Source: Candidatus Acidiferrales bacterium
GTDB taxonomy: Bacteria > Acidobacteriota > Terriglobia > Acidiferrales > UBA7541
Length of the DNA stretch: 64,000 bases
Assembly (NCBI GenBank): GCA_963795535.1
Contig: CAWCIG010000001.1
Coordinates: 209,420-273,419 of the forward strand
Direction of reading: 5' to 3'
Shown here: piece by piece, positions 26,438 through 35,693 of the stretch
Layout of the letters: each line of letters begins with the position of its first letter
Position numbering within the stretch: the first letter of the stretch is position 1
Program-made: the position numbers and the translations under genes
The notes under the pieces: model-generated
Database searches by the model: none
What the model was told of the DNA's origin: nothing
The model's input: the letters and a program-made list of their open reading frames with translations, nothing else

Positions 26438-27904
26438 TTAGCGCGCCGACAGCATCAGCGGCTGCGAGAGGACAATTCCCAAAATGTGATTCGGCAGCAA
26501 TCCCAAGTACAGCGTGATCAGCGCCGCCACCGTCACTACCATGGCCGCCGTCGGGCTCAATCCCTTGCTGGTGTCTGCCGGCACAACGCCCTTGTACTCG
26601 CGCATGTACATCACCACGATCAACCGAAAATAGTAATAAGCCCCGATCACGCTGTTGATCGCCATCAACACCGCTAGCCAGATCAAGTTGGACTTCACCG
26701 CCGCCGTGAAGATATACAGTTTGCCGAAAAAGCCCGCCGTGATCGGCAGGCCCAACAGCGACAGAAGGAACAGGCTCAACGCCGCTGCCGCAAACGGTTG
26801 CCGCGTCCCGAGCCCCGCGTAGTCGTCATACGTCAGATAGCGCTCGCCACGCCCGCCAATTTCCGAAACCACCGCGAACGCCCCGACGGAAACCAACGAA
26901 TAGCTCGCAAGGTAGAACAGCACCGCCGCATACGCCGGCGCCACCGCATCGGGATCGTTTCGCACAGACGTTACCGCCGCAAATGCCACCAATGTATATC
27001 CGGCATGCGCAATCGAGCTGTACGCCAGCATGCGCTTCACGTTGTTTTGCACGATCGCGCCCAGATTTCCCACGAACATCGTGAGTACCGCCAACACCCA
27101 GAACGCCCAGAACCAAAAATCCGTCGCCGCATGCACGGTGCTGAAAATGCGCAGTAACAACGCGAACGTCGCCGCCTTCGGCCCGGCAGAGAATAGCGCC
27201 GTCACCGGCGTAGGCGCGCCTTCATACACGTCCGGCGTCCAGATCTGGAATGGCGCCGCAGCCACTTTGAATCCCAGTCCCACCAGAATCAGCGTCAGTC
27301 CCAGCCGCAGCAGCGTTCCATTCGCGTTTGCCAGCGCCATAAGATTCGTCGATCCCGTGACTCCGTAGACTAGCGCGATCCCGTACAGGAAAAATGCCGT
27401 TGCAAACGAGCCCAGCAGGAAATACTTCATCGAGGCTTCGCTGGACTTGATCGAATCCCTGCGATAGCCCGCCAGAATGTAGCTGGCAATTGACGACATT
27501 TCCAAGCCGATGAACGCCGTCAGCAGTTCCTGCGCGGAGGAGAGCACGCCCATCCCGGCGGTCGCGAAAAGAATCAGCGCGTAAAACTCCGCGCCTTCCA
27601 GGCCTTCCCGTTCCAGATACGAATCGCTGGACAGAATCACCAGAAACGCAATTAGCCCCACCAGCCAGTGGAAGAACAGCGCGAACACGTCGAACTGAAT
27701 CAGCCCAGAAAAACCGCTGCCCGGCAGCGTGGAAAATGTGACCAGCGTGCCCGCCGCCGCACCCACCAGCGCGGTAAACGTCAACGCTTGCCGGCTCTTC
27801 ACGAACGGCTGCAGCAACATCAGGATCACACCGAATCCGCACCACACCAGTTCCGGTAGCACGTGGAACACATTCTGCAGCATCACCTGGTTCATGGATT
27901 GCAT
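26438..27904 (-). CDS. nuoN: NADH-quinone oxidoreductase subunit N (cluster 2)
   Basis: FKVAAAPFQIWTPDVYEGAPTPVTALFSAGPK, MLAYSSIAHAGYTL. 488 aa. Confidence 0.92.
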   Translation of the reverse strand: MQSMNQVMLQNVFHVLPELVWCGFGVILMLLQPFVKSRQALTFTALVGAAAGTLVTFSTLPGSGFSGLIQFDVFALFFHWLVGLIAFLVILSSDSYLEREGLEGAEFYALILFATAGMGVLSSAQELLTAFIGLEMSSIASYILAGYRRDSIKSSEASMKYFLLGSFATAFFLYGIALVYGVTGSTNLMALANANGTLLRLGLTLILVGLGFKVAAAPFQIWTPDVYEGAPTPVTALFSAGPKAATFALLLRIFSTVHAATDFWFWAFWVLAVLTMFVGNLGAIVQNNVKRMLAYSSIAHAGYTLVAFAAVTSVRNDPDAVAPAYAAVLFYLASYSLVSVGAFAVVSEIGGRGERYLTYDDYAGLGTRQPFAAAALSLFLLSLLGLPITAGFFGKLYIFTAAVKSNLIWLAVLMAINSVIGAYYYFRLIVVMYMREYKGVVPADTSKGLSPTAAMVVTVAALITLYLGLLPNHILGIVLSQPLMLSAR

Positions 27905-29482
27905 TTAGCGCGCCGCCAACCTTTCCACCGAATTCTCTGCGTGAGCGCCATCCCGCGGCACGTCCACCCGGGGCACTGCCGCCTCATGCATCACGTTGGG
28001 GTTCATCTGCTCAATCACAGCTTTGCACGGAGCAGCAAACCGCCGCGTGAAGAACGGAGAATTAATCCCCGTCCACAGGATCACCACGGACAGCGCCACC
28101 AGCATTCCGTTCTCTCGTGCCGAAGTGTCTGCCAACTCGCGGTTTTTCTCGTGCGTCACCGGCCCGTAGAACACCCGCTGATAAGACCATAGCAAGTAGC
28201 ACGCCGACAAAATCACGCCCGTCGCCGCCCACGCCGCCCAGTTCCAGTGCGTTTCGTACGTCCCCAGCAGAATCAGAAATTCGCCCACGAACCCGTTTAG
28301 CATGGGCAGGCCCATCGAAGACAGTGCCACGAACAGGAAAAAGGCCGCCAGTCGCGGCATCGGTGCGCACAGGCCGCCATACTCGCTGATCTCAAATGTG
28401 TGCCGCCGGTCGTGCAACATGCCCACCAAAAGGAACAGCGCGCCGGTGGAGATTCCGTGCGCCAGCATCTGGTACACCGCTCCTTGCATGGAAATTTCAC
28501 GAAACGCAAAAATCCCGAGAACCACGAATCCCAAGTGGCTCACCGAAGAGTACGCCACCAGTTTCTTCAGGTTCGGCTGCACTAGTGCCACCAAGGCTCC
28601 ATAAATAATGCCGATAATCGCCAGCGCCGCCACATACGGAGCCGCGCGATGCGATGCCTCCGGAAACAGCGGCAGGCAGAAGCGGATCATGCCGTACGTG
28701 CCCATCTTCAGCAGCACGCCCGCCAGAATAATCGAGCCTGCCGTCGGCGCTTCCACGTGTGCGTCTGGCAGCCACGTGTGCAGCGGGAATAGCGGCACCT
28801 TGATTGCAAACGCCACAAAGAACGCCAGAAACAAAAGAATTTCCGACCGGGCCGACAGTTGCAACTGCCCGCTCTGAATCATGGTCTGAATCGTCGGCAG
28901 GTCGAATGTCCCGGTGGCGTTATACAGCCAGATCATCCCGACCAGCATTAGGATCGATCCCGCCATGGTGTAAATCACGAACTTGATCGCCGCGTAGATG
29001 CGCCGATCATGGCCCCAAATCCCGATCAGGAACGCCATCGGGATCAGCATGATTTCCCAGAACAAAAAGAACAGGAACATGTCCAGCGACAGGAACACGC
29101 CCACCACGCCGAGTTCCAGCAGCAGAAGCATCACGTGGAATTCTTTTATGCGGAAATGCACGCCCTTGTACGACGCCAGCACGCAAATCGGCGTCAGGAA
29201 TGTCGTCAGAATCACCAGGAACATGCTGATTCCGTCCACTCCCAGGTGATAATTGATGGCCGGAGACCCGATCCACTTCGTAAATTCCTCGACGGGATAC
29301 CCGGTCACGCCAATGGGAACGATTCGAAGCAGCAGCAGGGAAGCGATAAATTCCACCAGCGATACGACCAGCGTAAACCGCTTGATCCAAACAACATCGT
29401 CTCCGCGCAGCCACAACAGCGCGAGCGCCCCAGCAGCAGGGAAAAACACCAGAAACGTCAGCAAATGTCCGTTGAGGGCCAT
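27905..29482 (-). CDS. nuoM: NADH-quinone oxidoreductase subunit M (cluster 2)
   Basis: FAIKVPLFPLHTWLPDAHVEAPTAGSIILAGVLLKMGTYG. Trimmed to ATG 29480-29482, a 1-nt overlap with the nuoL stop (525 aa). Confidence 0.92.
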   Translation of the reverse strand: MALNGHLLTFLVFFPAAGALALLWLRGDDVVWIKRFTLVVSLVEFIASLLLLRIVPIGVTGYPVEEFTKWIGSPAINYHLGVDGISMFLVILTTFLTPICVLASYKGVHFRIKEFHVMLLLLELGVVGVFLSLDMFLFFLFWEIMLIPMAFLIGIWGHDRRIYAAIKFVIYTMAGSILMLVGMIWLYNATGTFDLPTIQTMIQSGQLQLSARSEILLFLAFFVAFAIKVPLFPLHTWLPDAHVEAPTAGSIILAGVLLKMGTYGMIRFCLPLFPEASHRAAPYVAALAIIGIIYGALVALVQPNLKKLVAYSSVSHLGFVVLGIFAFREISMQGAVYQMLAHGISTGALFLLVGMLHDRRHTFEISEYGGLCAPMPRLAAFFLFVALSSMGLPMLNGFVGEFLILLGTYETHWNWAAWAATGVILSACYLLWSYQRVFYGPVTHEKNRELADTSARENGMLVALSVVILWTGINSPFFTRRFAAPCKAVIEQMNPNVMHEAAVPRVDVPRDGAHAENSVERLAAR

Positions 29483-31431
29483 TACCAGATCCCTCCGAAC
29501 AGCGCCGGCTTCAGAATCGGCCAGAAAATAATCCCGAACACCAGAACGGCCCCGATCAGCACCCACACCGCATAACTCCGCGTGTTTCCGGATTGCGCGT
29601 GCCGCACCTTGTCTCCCACGGCGGTTGTACCGCTGGCCACGCCGTTCACTGTGCCGTCAATCATCCCCACGTCCACGACCTTCCAAAGCACATTCCGCGA
29701 AATCCAAAGAAGCGGCCCCACGATCACGGCGTGGTAAAGTTCGTCCACATAATATTTTTGGTACAGGATCTCGTGCAGCCCTTTCGAGGTACCGCGCTTC
29801 ACGTCCTTCGCATACATCCGCCAAGCCACAACGAGGCCCGCCAACGCCGCAATCACGGCCACAAACGAAAGAATATGTTCCAGTGAGGCAGCCTCTCCCA
29901 CAGGAGACTCGGCTGCGCCAAGGACGGGCGAGAGAAAGTCCGCAAAGTAATCCTTGCCACCCCACAGCGTCGGCAACGCGAACCAACCGCCCGTCAGCGA
30001 AAGGAATGCCAGAATCATCAGGGGCGTCGTCATGTTCAACGGCGACTCGTGCACGTGGACGTGATGCTCGTCGTAGCGCTTTTGCCCGAAGAACGTCAGC
30101 CAAATCAGCCGGAACATATAAAACGACGTCAGGATTGCCGCCGCCAGACCCACTCCGTACAGCACCTTTCCGCCATGTTCATAATTGAATGCCGCCGCCA
30201 GAATTTCATCCTTCGAAAAGAACGCAGCAAACGGAGGGAATCCCGTAATCGCCAGGGTGGCGAACAGCATGCACCAAAACGTTATCTTGATCTTGGACGC
30301 CAGCCCGCCCATGTGCCACATGTCCTGCTCGCCGCCCATCGCGTGAATCACGCTGCCCGCGGACAGAAACAGCAGCGCCTTGAAGAACGCGTGGGTCATC
30401 AAGTGGAAAATTCCCGCGCCGAAAGCGCCCACTCCGCATCCGAGGAACATGTAGCCCAGCTGGCTGACCGTCGAATACGCCAGAACTTTCTTGATGTCAG
30501 ATTGCACCAAGCCAATCGTCGCCGCAAAGAACGCCGTGGCGCAGCCGATGATCGCCACGATGTACATCGCCGTCGGCGCATGCAGGAACAAAACGTGGGA
30601 GCGCGCCACAACGTACACGCCCGCGGTCACCATCGTCGCGGCGTGGATTAACGCGCTGACCGGCGTTGGGCCTTCCATCGCGTCCGGCAGCCACACATAC
30701 AACGGAAGCTGCGCCGATTTTCCGGTGGCGCCCACAAACAGCAGGATGCACGCCACGGTAATCGTCCCGAAATGCCCCATAGCCTCCGTCGGCAATGGCC
30801 CCGCCTGCGCAAACACCGCGTTAAAATCTAGCGTATGGAATGTGCGGTACAGCAGGAACATCCCCAGCATGAAACCGAAATCACCAATACGGTTTACGAT
30901 GAACGCCTTATTGCCGGCGTCCGTCGCCGACTTCTTCAGATAGTAAAAGCCGATCAGCAGGTAGCTGCACAACCCCACGCCTTCCCACCCCACAAACAGC
31001 AGCACGTAGTTCGCCGCCAGCACCAGCGTCAGCATGAAGAACATAAACAGGTTCAGGTAGCTGAAGAATCGCCAGTAGCCTTCTTCGTGCGCCATATATC
31101 CGGTTGAATAAACGTGAATCAAAAAGCCCACGCCGGTCACCACCAGCAACATCACCACGGTCAGATGGTCAAGCTGCAGGTCATAGCCGGCGCGGAAGCT
31201 GCCGGCCACGATCCAGTCGAAGAACGGCTTCACGAACGCTTTGTGATTTATCTCGTAATAGCCAAGGAATTCGCGCACCGCTTCCAGCGCGCACGCAAAC
31301 GACAATCCCGTGGCCCCGAGCGCCACCGAATGCACGATCTTATTCGGCCACTTCCAGCCCAGCAGGCCATTGATCGCCGAGCCGAGCAGCGGCAATAACG
31401 GAATGATCCAAAGATGTTCGAGTATCGGCAT
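29482..31431 (-). CDS. nuoL: NADH-quinone oxidoreductase subunit L (cluster 2)
   Basis: MPILEHLWIIPLLPLLG..., LFVGWEGVGLCSYLLIGFYY, SAQLPLYVWLPDAMEGPTPVSALIHAATMVTAGVY. Track ORF 29482..31761 trimmed to ATG 31429-31431 (TAATG junction with nuoK). Confidence 0.92.
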   Translation of the reverse strand: MPILEHLWIIPLLPLLGSAINGLLGWKWPNKIVHSVALGATGLSFACALEAVREFLGYYEINHKAFVKPFFDWIVAGSFRAGYDLQLDHLTVVMLLVVTGVGFLIHVYSTGYMAHEEGYWRFFSYLNLFMFFMLTLVLAANYVLLFVGWEGVGLCSYLLIGFYYLKKSATDAGNKAFIVNRIGDFGFMLGMFLLYRTFHTLDFNAVFAQAGPLPTEAMGHFGTITVACILLFVGATGKSAQLPLYVWLPDAMEGPTPVSALIHAATMVTAGVYVVARSHVLFLHAPTAMYIVAIIGCATAFFAATIGLVQSDIKKVLAYSTVSQLGYMFLGCGVGAFGAGIFHLMTHAFFKALLFLSAGSVIHAMGGEQDMWHMGGLASKIKITFWCMLFATLAITGFPPFAAFFSKDEILAAAFNYEHGGKVLYGVGLAAAILTSFYMFRLIWLTFFGQKRYDEHHVHVHESPLNMTTPLMILAFLSLTGGWFALPTLWGGKDYFADFLSPVLGAAESPVGEAASLEHILSFVAVIAALAGLVVAWRMYAKDVKRGTSKGLHEILYQKYYVDELYHAVIVGPLLWISRNVLWKVVDVGMIDGTVNGVASGTTAVGDKVRHAQSGNTRSYAVWVLIGAVLVFGIIFWPILKPALFGGIW

Positions 31432-31733
31432 TAGAGTTTGAGCAGATTCACGCTTTCCACGTTGAGCGAACGGCGATTCCGCGCGGTGAGAATGATGATT
31501 CCCAGTCCCACGGCCGCTTCCGCTGCCGCTACGATGATCACAAACAGCACAAACACTTCTCCATCGGGCTTGCCCAGCGCCTGGCTGAACGCCACAAACG
31601 CCAGGTTCACCGCATTCAGCATCAGCTCTATGGCCATGAAAATCGTGATGATGTTGCGCTTGAATACAAACGCCACGATTCCCAGTCCGAACAGAATCGC
31701 GCTCAGCAATAGATAATAATTTGTCGGGATCAT
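31431..31733 (-). CDS. nuoK: NADH-quinone oxidoreductase subunit K (cluster 2)
   Basis: 100 aa with AIELMLNAVNLAFV...AAAEAAVGLGIIILTARN. Confidence 0.9.
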   Translation of the reverse strand: MIPTNYYLLLSAILFGLGIVAFVFKRNIITIFMAIELMLNAVNLAFVAFSQALGKPDGEVFVLFVIIVAAAEAAVGLGIIILTARNRRSLNVESVNLLKL

Positions 31734-31735
31734 CT

Positions 31736-32239
31736 TCAGTTCTCCCGCTGGGCCAGCACAATCGCCCCCAATATCGCCACCAGGATCAAAAACGAGGTCA
31801 GCTCAAACGGATAAACAAATTCCGTAAACAAGAGCGTCGAAAGCGTTCTCGTGGACGTCAGCGTTACGGGCGCCGCCGGGGGCATTGTGGCCGCCACGCG
31901 CGAATTCACAATCGCCGCTGCAATCATCCCAGTCACTGCGACCGCCAGGGGCACGCCGGCATATAGCGCCAGCTTCGAAAAGTTCGTACGCTCTTCCTCG
32001 CCTGCATTCAGCAGCATGATCACAAAAATGAACAGCACCATGATCGCGCCGCCGTACACAATGATCTGTACCGCGGCAACGAATTCCGCGCCCATCAGCA
32101 GGTACAATCCCGCCAGCGCCACCATCACCACAATCAAAGACAGCGCGCTGTGAATCGGATGCCGCTGCAAAATCAGGCTGATCGCGCCCAGAACCGCGAT
32201 GGCCGCCAGCACGAAGAAAATCACCATCTGCGCACTCAT
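31736..32239 (-). CDS. nuoJ: NADH-quinone oxidoreductase subunit J (cluster 2)
   Basis: MSAQMVIFFVLAAIAVLGAISLILQRHPIHSALSLIV...YGGAIMVLFIFVIML. Trimmed to ATG 32237-32239, overlapping the nuoH stop. Confidence 0.85.
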   Translation of the reverse strand: MSAQMVIFFVLAAIAVLGAISLILQRHPIHSALSLIVVMVALAGLYLLMGAEFVAAVQIIVYGGAIMVLFIFVIMLLNAGEEERTNFSKLALYAGVPLAVAVTGMIAAAIVNSRVAATMPPAAPVTLTSTRTLSTLLFTEFVYPFELTSFLILVAILGAIVLAQREN

Positions 32240-33450
32240 CAGTGCATTCTCCACAGGATCACAACGCTCGTCAGAACCACATTTGCAATGGACACCGGCA
32301 GCAAGAACTTCCACCCGAAACTCATCAACTGGTCATAACGAAAACGGGGAAGCGTTCCGCGCATCCAGATGTACACGAACAAAAACGTGAAAACCTTCGC
32401 CAGAAACCAGAAAACGCCTTGAATAGCATCGTTCACTACCGGGAACACCACCAGGCCCGCGCCGATCAGCGTAATAGCCGTCCCCACGGCCGGCAGCAGC
32501 AAACGGCCAAACAAGTTCTCGTAGCGAAAGCCGTCAAAAATCATCCAAAGCCCAAGCGGAATCATCAGCACCGATGGCAGGTAATGCGTGAATGTCCAGG
32601 AATCCGGAAACGGCGACAGCCAACCGCCAAAAAACATGATCGTCGCCAGGCAAGACACCGTAATCATGCTGGTGTATTCCGCGATGAAGAACATTGCGAA
32701 CTTCATGCTGGCATATTCCGTATGAAAACCCGCCACCAGTTCCGATTCTGCCTCCGGCAGGTCAAACGGCACGCGGTTCGTTTCCGCAATCGCCGCAATA
32801 AAAAAGCAAACGAATCCGATGACCTGCGGGAAAATGTTCCAGCTCAACAGCCCGTGCCGTCCAGAACCCGCTTGCTGGTCCACAATATTTCGTAAGCTGA
32901 AATCTCCGGCAATCAGCAACACGCCCACGACGGAAAGCGTCAGCGCCAGTTCATAGCTGATCATTTGCGCCGAGCTGCGCAAGCCGCCCAGTAGCGAATA
33001 TTTGTTGTTCGAAGCCCAGCCCGCCAGCGCCACGCCGTACACCGACAGCGCCGTGATCGCGAACAGCACCAGCAGGCTGATGTTCACGTCCGCGATGCCG
33101 ACGGTCGTCTGGTACCCAAACACCGTAAACCGTTGCGGCCCAAAGGGAATCACTGCCAGCGAAGTCAGCGCCAGCATCAGCGTGATAAAGGGCGCCAGAA
33201 AATACGCCACCTTATCCGCGTTCGCCGGCATTGGGTCTTCTTTGAAAATGAACTTCACGCCATCCGCCAGCGGCTGCAGTAATCCATGTGGCCCTGTGCG
33301 GTGCGGTCCCCATCGCGCCTGGATATGCGCAATCACTTTGCGCTCCGCCCACGTCAGGTAAGCGTCCAGCGTCAGCACGATGAAAACCAGAATCGCGATC
33401 TTTACGATCGGAACGATTAGGAACGCATAGTGAGTCAGGAATTCGTTCAC
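32239..33450 (-). CDS. nuoH: NADH-quinone oxidoreductase subunit H (cluster 2)
   Basis: QARWGPHRTGPHGLLQPLADGVKF, ETNRVPFDLPEAESELVAGF, LPRFRYDQLM. The likely start is GTG 33448-33450 (GTGA overlap with the nuoG stop). Confidence 0.9.
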   Translation of the reverse strand: MNEFLTHYAFLIVPIVKIAILVFIVLTLDAYLTWAERKVIAHIQARWGPHRTGPHGLLQPLADGVKFIFKEDPMPANADKVAYFLAPFITLMLALTSLAVIPFGPQRFTVFGYQTTVGIADVNISLLVLFAITALSVYGVALAGWASNNKYSLLGGLRSSAQMISYELALTLSVVGVLLIAGDFSLRNIVDQQAGSGRHGLLSWNIFPQVIGFVCFFIAAIAETNRVPFDLPEAESELVAGFHTEYASMKFAMFFIAEYTSMITVSCLATIMFFGGWLSPFPDSWTFTHYLPSVLMIPLGLWMIFDGFRYENLFGRLLLPAVGTAITLIGAGLVVFPVVNDAIQGVFWFLAKVFTFLFVYIWMRGTLPRFRYDQLMSFGWKFLLPVSIANVVLTSVVILWRMH

Positions 33451-35687
33451 GATTTTGCTTCCGCCTCCGGCAAGGACTGCATCATAGTGCAAAATCGCCC
33501 GAGCGAGCCGCTGGTAAAGAGAGTATCGTTCGCGGAGCGAATCAGTTGAACCGGCACGTCATAGGGGGCGTGGCCGTTCTTCGAAAAATGCGGGATGGTG
33601 GGCTCCGCTCCACCCGTCAAAAGTCCGGCGAGCTGGACGTCGTATCCCGGCACAACTTTGCGAATCTCTTCGAACACTGCAGCCGGACTCTTGTAGTGCA
33701 GCGCTTTGCCCAGCCCCGCCTTCTCCAACTGGTGAGACACGATGCGCAGCAAATCAAAGTCCGTGCGCGTGCCCATCATTTCCCCCGCCTTGCGCAGCAG
33801 CTGAATTTCACCGGCGGTATTCGTCACGCTGCCGTCTTTTTCATATGCCGAAGCCGCGGGGAACACGATGTCCGCCTGCAGCGAAGTCTCCGTCAGGAAC
33901 AGGTCATGCACAATCAGCAACTGTACCCTGCCGCGGCCAAAGCCGATCGTTCCATAGTGAGCCAGTGGGTTCGCTCCGACCACATAAAGCGCGCTCAGCT
34001 TTCCCGATTGCGCTGCTTCAATCATTTGCGGAGCCGTTAGCCCGGCCTTAGAAGGCACCTTGCCTCCCCAATGCTTTTCCAGTGCTGCCACCGTAGCCTT
34101 ATCGTCCAGGTAGGAATATCCCGGCAGCCGGTCGGGCAACAGCCCCATGTCCGCCGCGCCGCGCGAGTTCGCGTAATCTCCCAGAGCCATGTAGCGCGTT
34201 TTGCCCGGCAACCTCGATCCAAACTCAACCAGGTTCGCAATGGCCGCGCCCGAAATCGCCGATCCAAATACGATCGCCACGTCCGATACCGCTTCCAACG
34301 CCTGCTTCAACGCGCCCAGTTGCGACGCCAGTTCCGACATCAAGTTTCCTTCGCCAGTCGCTAGCCAGCGCACCGCCGCAGCTTCCAGCGTCGGGCCAAG
34401 CACCACGGCCTGCGTCGCCTTGCGGTCCAGTTTGATTTCTTGCGTATCAATCACGAACAATTTCGTCCCGTGATGCCGGATTCCCGACCGGATCTGCCAC
34501 GCCACCAGCGGATTCTGATTCGTCGCATCGTTGCCGATGAGCAGTACAGTCTTCGATTCGTATAATTGCTCCATCGTCAGCTGCGAATCGCCCGCCCGCT
34601 CACCGAGCGCCGTTATCAGTCCGGTGTAATCCGCCGTGCGATGGTGATCGATGTTGTTGGTGCCAAAGGTGCTGCGCGCCAACCGCTGCAGCAGGTAATT
34701 TTCTTCATTCGAAGTGCGGTTGGAGCCGATAAATCCGATGCCGTCTGGGCCCTGTGCTGCCTGCAAATGGTGCAGCCGCTTCGCCGCTTCCTGCACCGCT
34801 TCTTCCCACGAAACCGGATAAAGCTGTCCGCCCTTACGAAGCATGGGCTGCTTGATGCGTTCCGGATGCTGCGTGAAATCGAAGCCGAAGCGCCCCTTCA
34901 GGCAAAGAAATTCCTTGTTAATGCCGGAAAGATCGCGGTTATTCGCCCGCAAAATTTCGTGATTGCGCACGCTGAACGTGGTCTTGCAGCCGTTCGAACA
35001 ATGCGTGCAAATGCTGGAAACGTATTGCATCTCCCACGGCCGTGTCTTATAGCGATACGTCCCGCTGGTCAGCGCGCCAACGGGGCAAATATCGATGCAC
35101 ATGCCGCATTCTTCGCAGTTCAGGTGATCGCCGCCGTTCGGGATGATGATGGAGTGTGCGCCGCGCATTCCCACGCCTAGCGCCTTAACGTCCATGCCCT
35201 CGTCGCACACGCTCACACACCGGAAGCACAAAATGCAGCGCGGCGAATCGTAATAGACCAGGTCCGACCATTTTTCTTCCGGTCGGTGTATCTTTTCCTC
35301 AACGAAACGACTTGTCTCCGTCCCGTACCGGAAAACCATGTCCTGCAGCTCGCATTCGCCGCCCTTATCGCAAACCGGGCAATCCAGCGGGTGATTCGTC
35401 AGCAGGAATTCCAGATTGGACTTCCGGGCGTTCTTGACCTGCTCCGTATTCGTCTTTACCACCATGCCTTCGCCGGCCACCAGCGTGCACGCTGTCTGCA
35501 GTTTTGGCATTTTTTCCACTTCCACCATGCACATGCGGCATGCAGCCTTCAAGGAAAGTCCGGGGTAGTAACAAAACGAGGGAACCTCCACGCCAAGTCG
35601 CCGGGTCGCTTCGATGACCGTCGTTCCCGCGGGCACCTGCACATCCCGGTCGTCAATCTTTAAATTGATGAGTTTCGTTTCTGCCAT
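33447..35687 (-). CDS. nuoG: NADH-quinone oxidoreductase subunit G (cluster 2)
   Basis: N-terminal 2Fe-2S ferredoxin fold, HPLDCPVCDKGGECELQD, CILCFRCVSVC, CEECGMCIDICPVGALT, then a molybdopterin-oxidoreductase-like domain. 746 aa. Confidence 0.92.
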   Translation of the reverse strand: MAETKLINLKIDDRDVQVPAGTTVIEATRRLGVEVPSFCYYPGLSLKAACRMCMVEVEKMPKLQTACTLVAGEGMVVKTNTEQVKNARKSNLEFLLTNHPLDCPVCDKGGECELQDMVFRYGTETSRFVEEKIHRPEEKWSDLVYYDSPRCILCFRCVSVCDEGMDVKALGVGMRGAHSIIIPNGGDHLNCEECGMCIDICPVGALTSGTYRYKTRPWEMQYVSSICTHCSNGCKTTFSVRNHEILRANNRDLSGINKEFLCLKGRFGFDFTQHPERIKQPMLRKGGQLYPVSWEEAVQEAAKRLHHLQAAQGPDGIGFIGSNRTSNEENYLLQRLARSTFGTNNIDHHRTADYTGLITALGERAGDSQLTMEQLYESKTVLLIGNDATNQNPLVAWQIRSGIRHHGTKLFVIDTQEIKLDRKATQAVVLGPTLEAAAVRWLATGEGNLMSELASQLGALKQALEAVSDVAIVFGSAISGAAIANLVEFGSRLPGKTRYMALGDYANSRGAADMGLLPDRLPGYSYLDDKATVAALEKHWGGKVPSKAGLTAPQMIEAAQSGKLSALYVVGANPLAHYGTIGFGRGRVQLLIVHDLFLTETSLQADIVFPAASAYEKDGSVTNTAGEIQLLRKAGEMMGTRTDFDLLRIVSHQLEKAGLGKALHYKSPAAVFEEIRKVVPGYDVQLAGLLTGGAEPTIPHFSKNGHAPYDVPVQLIRSANDTLFTSGSLGRFCTMMQSLPEAEAKS

Positions 35688-35693
35688 GGGTTC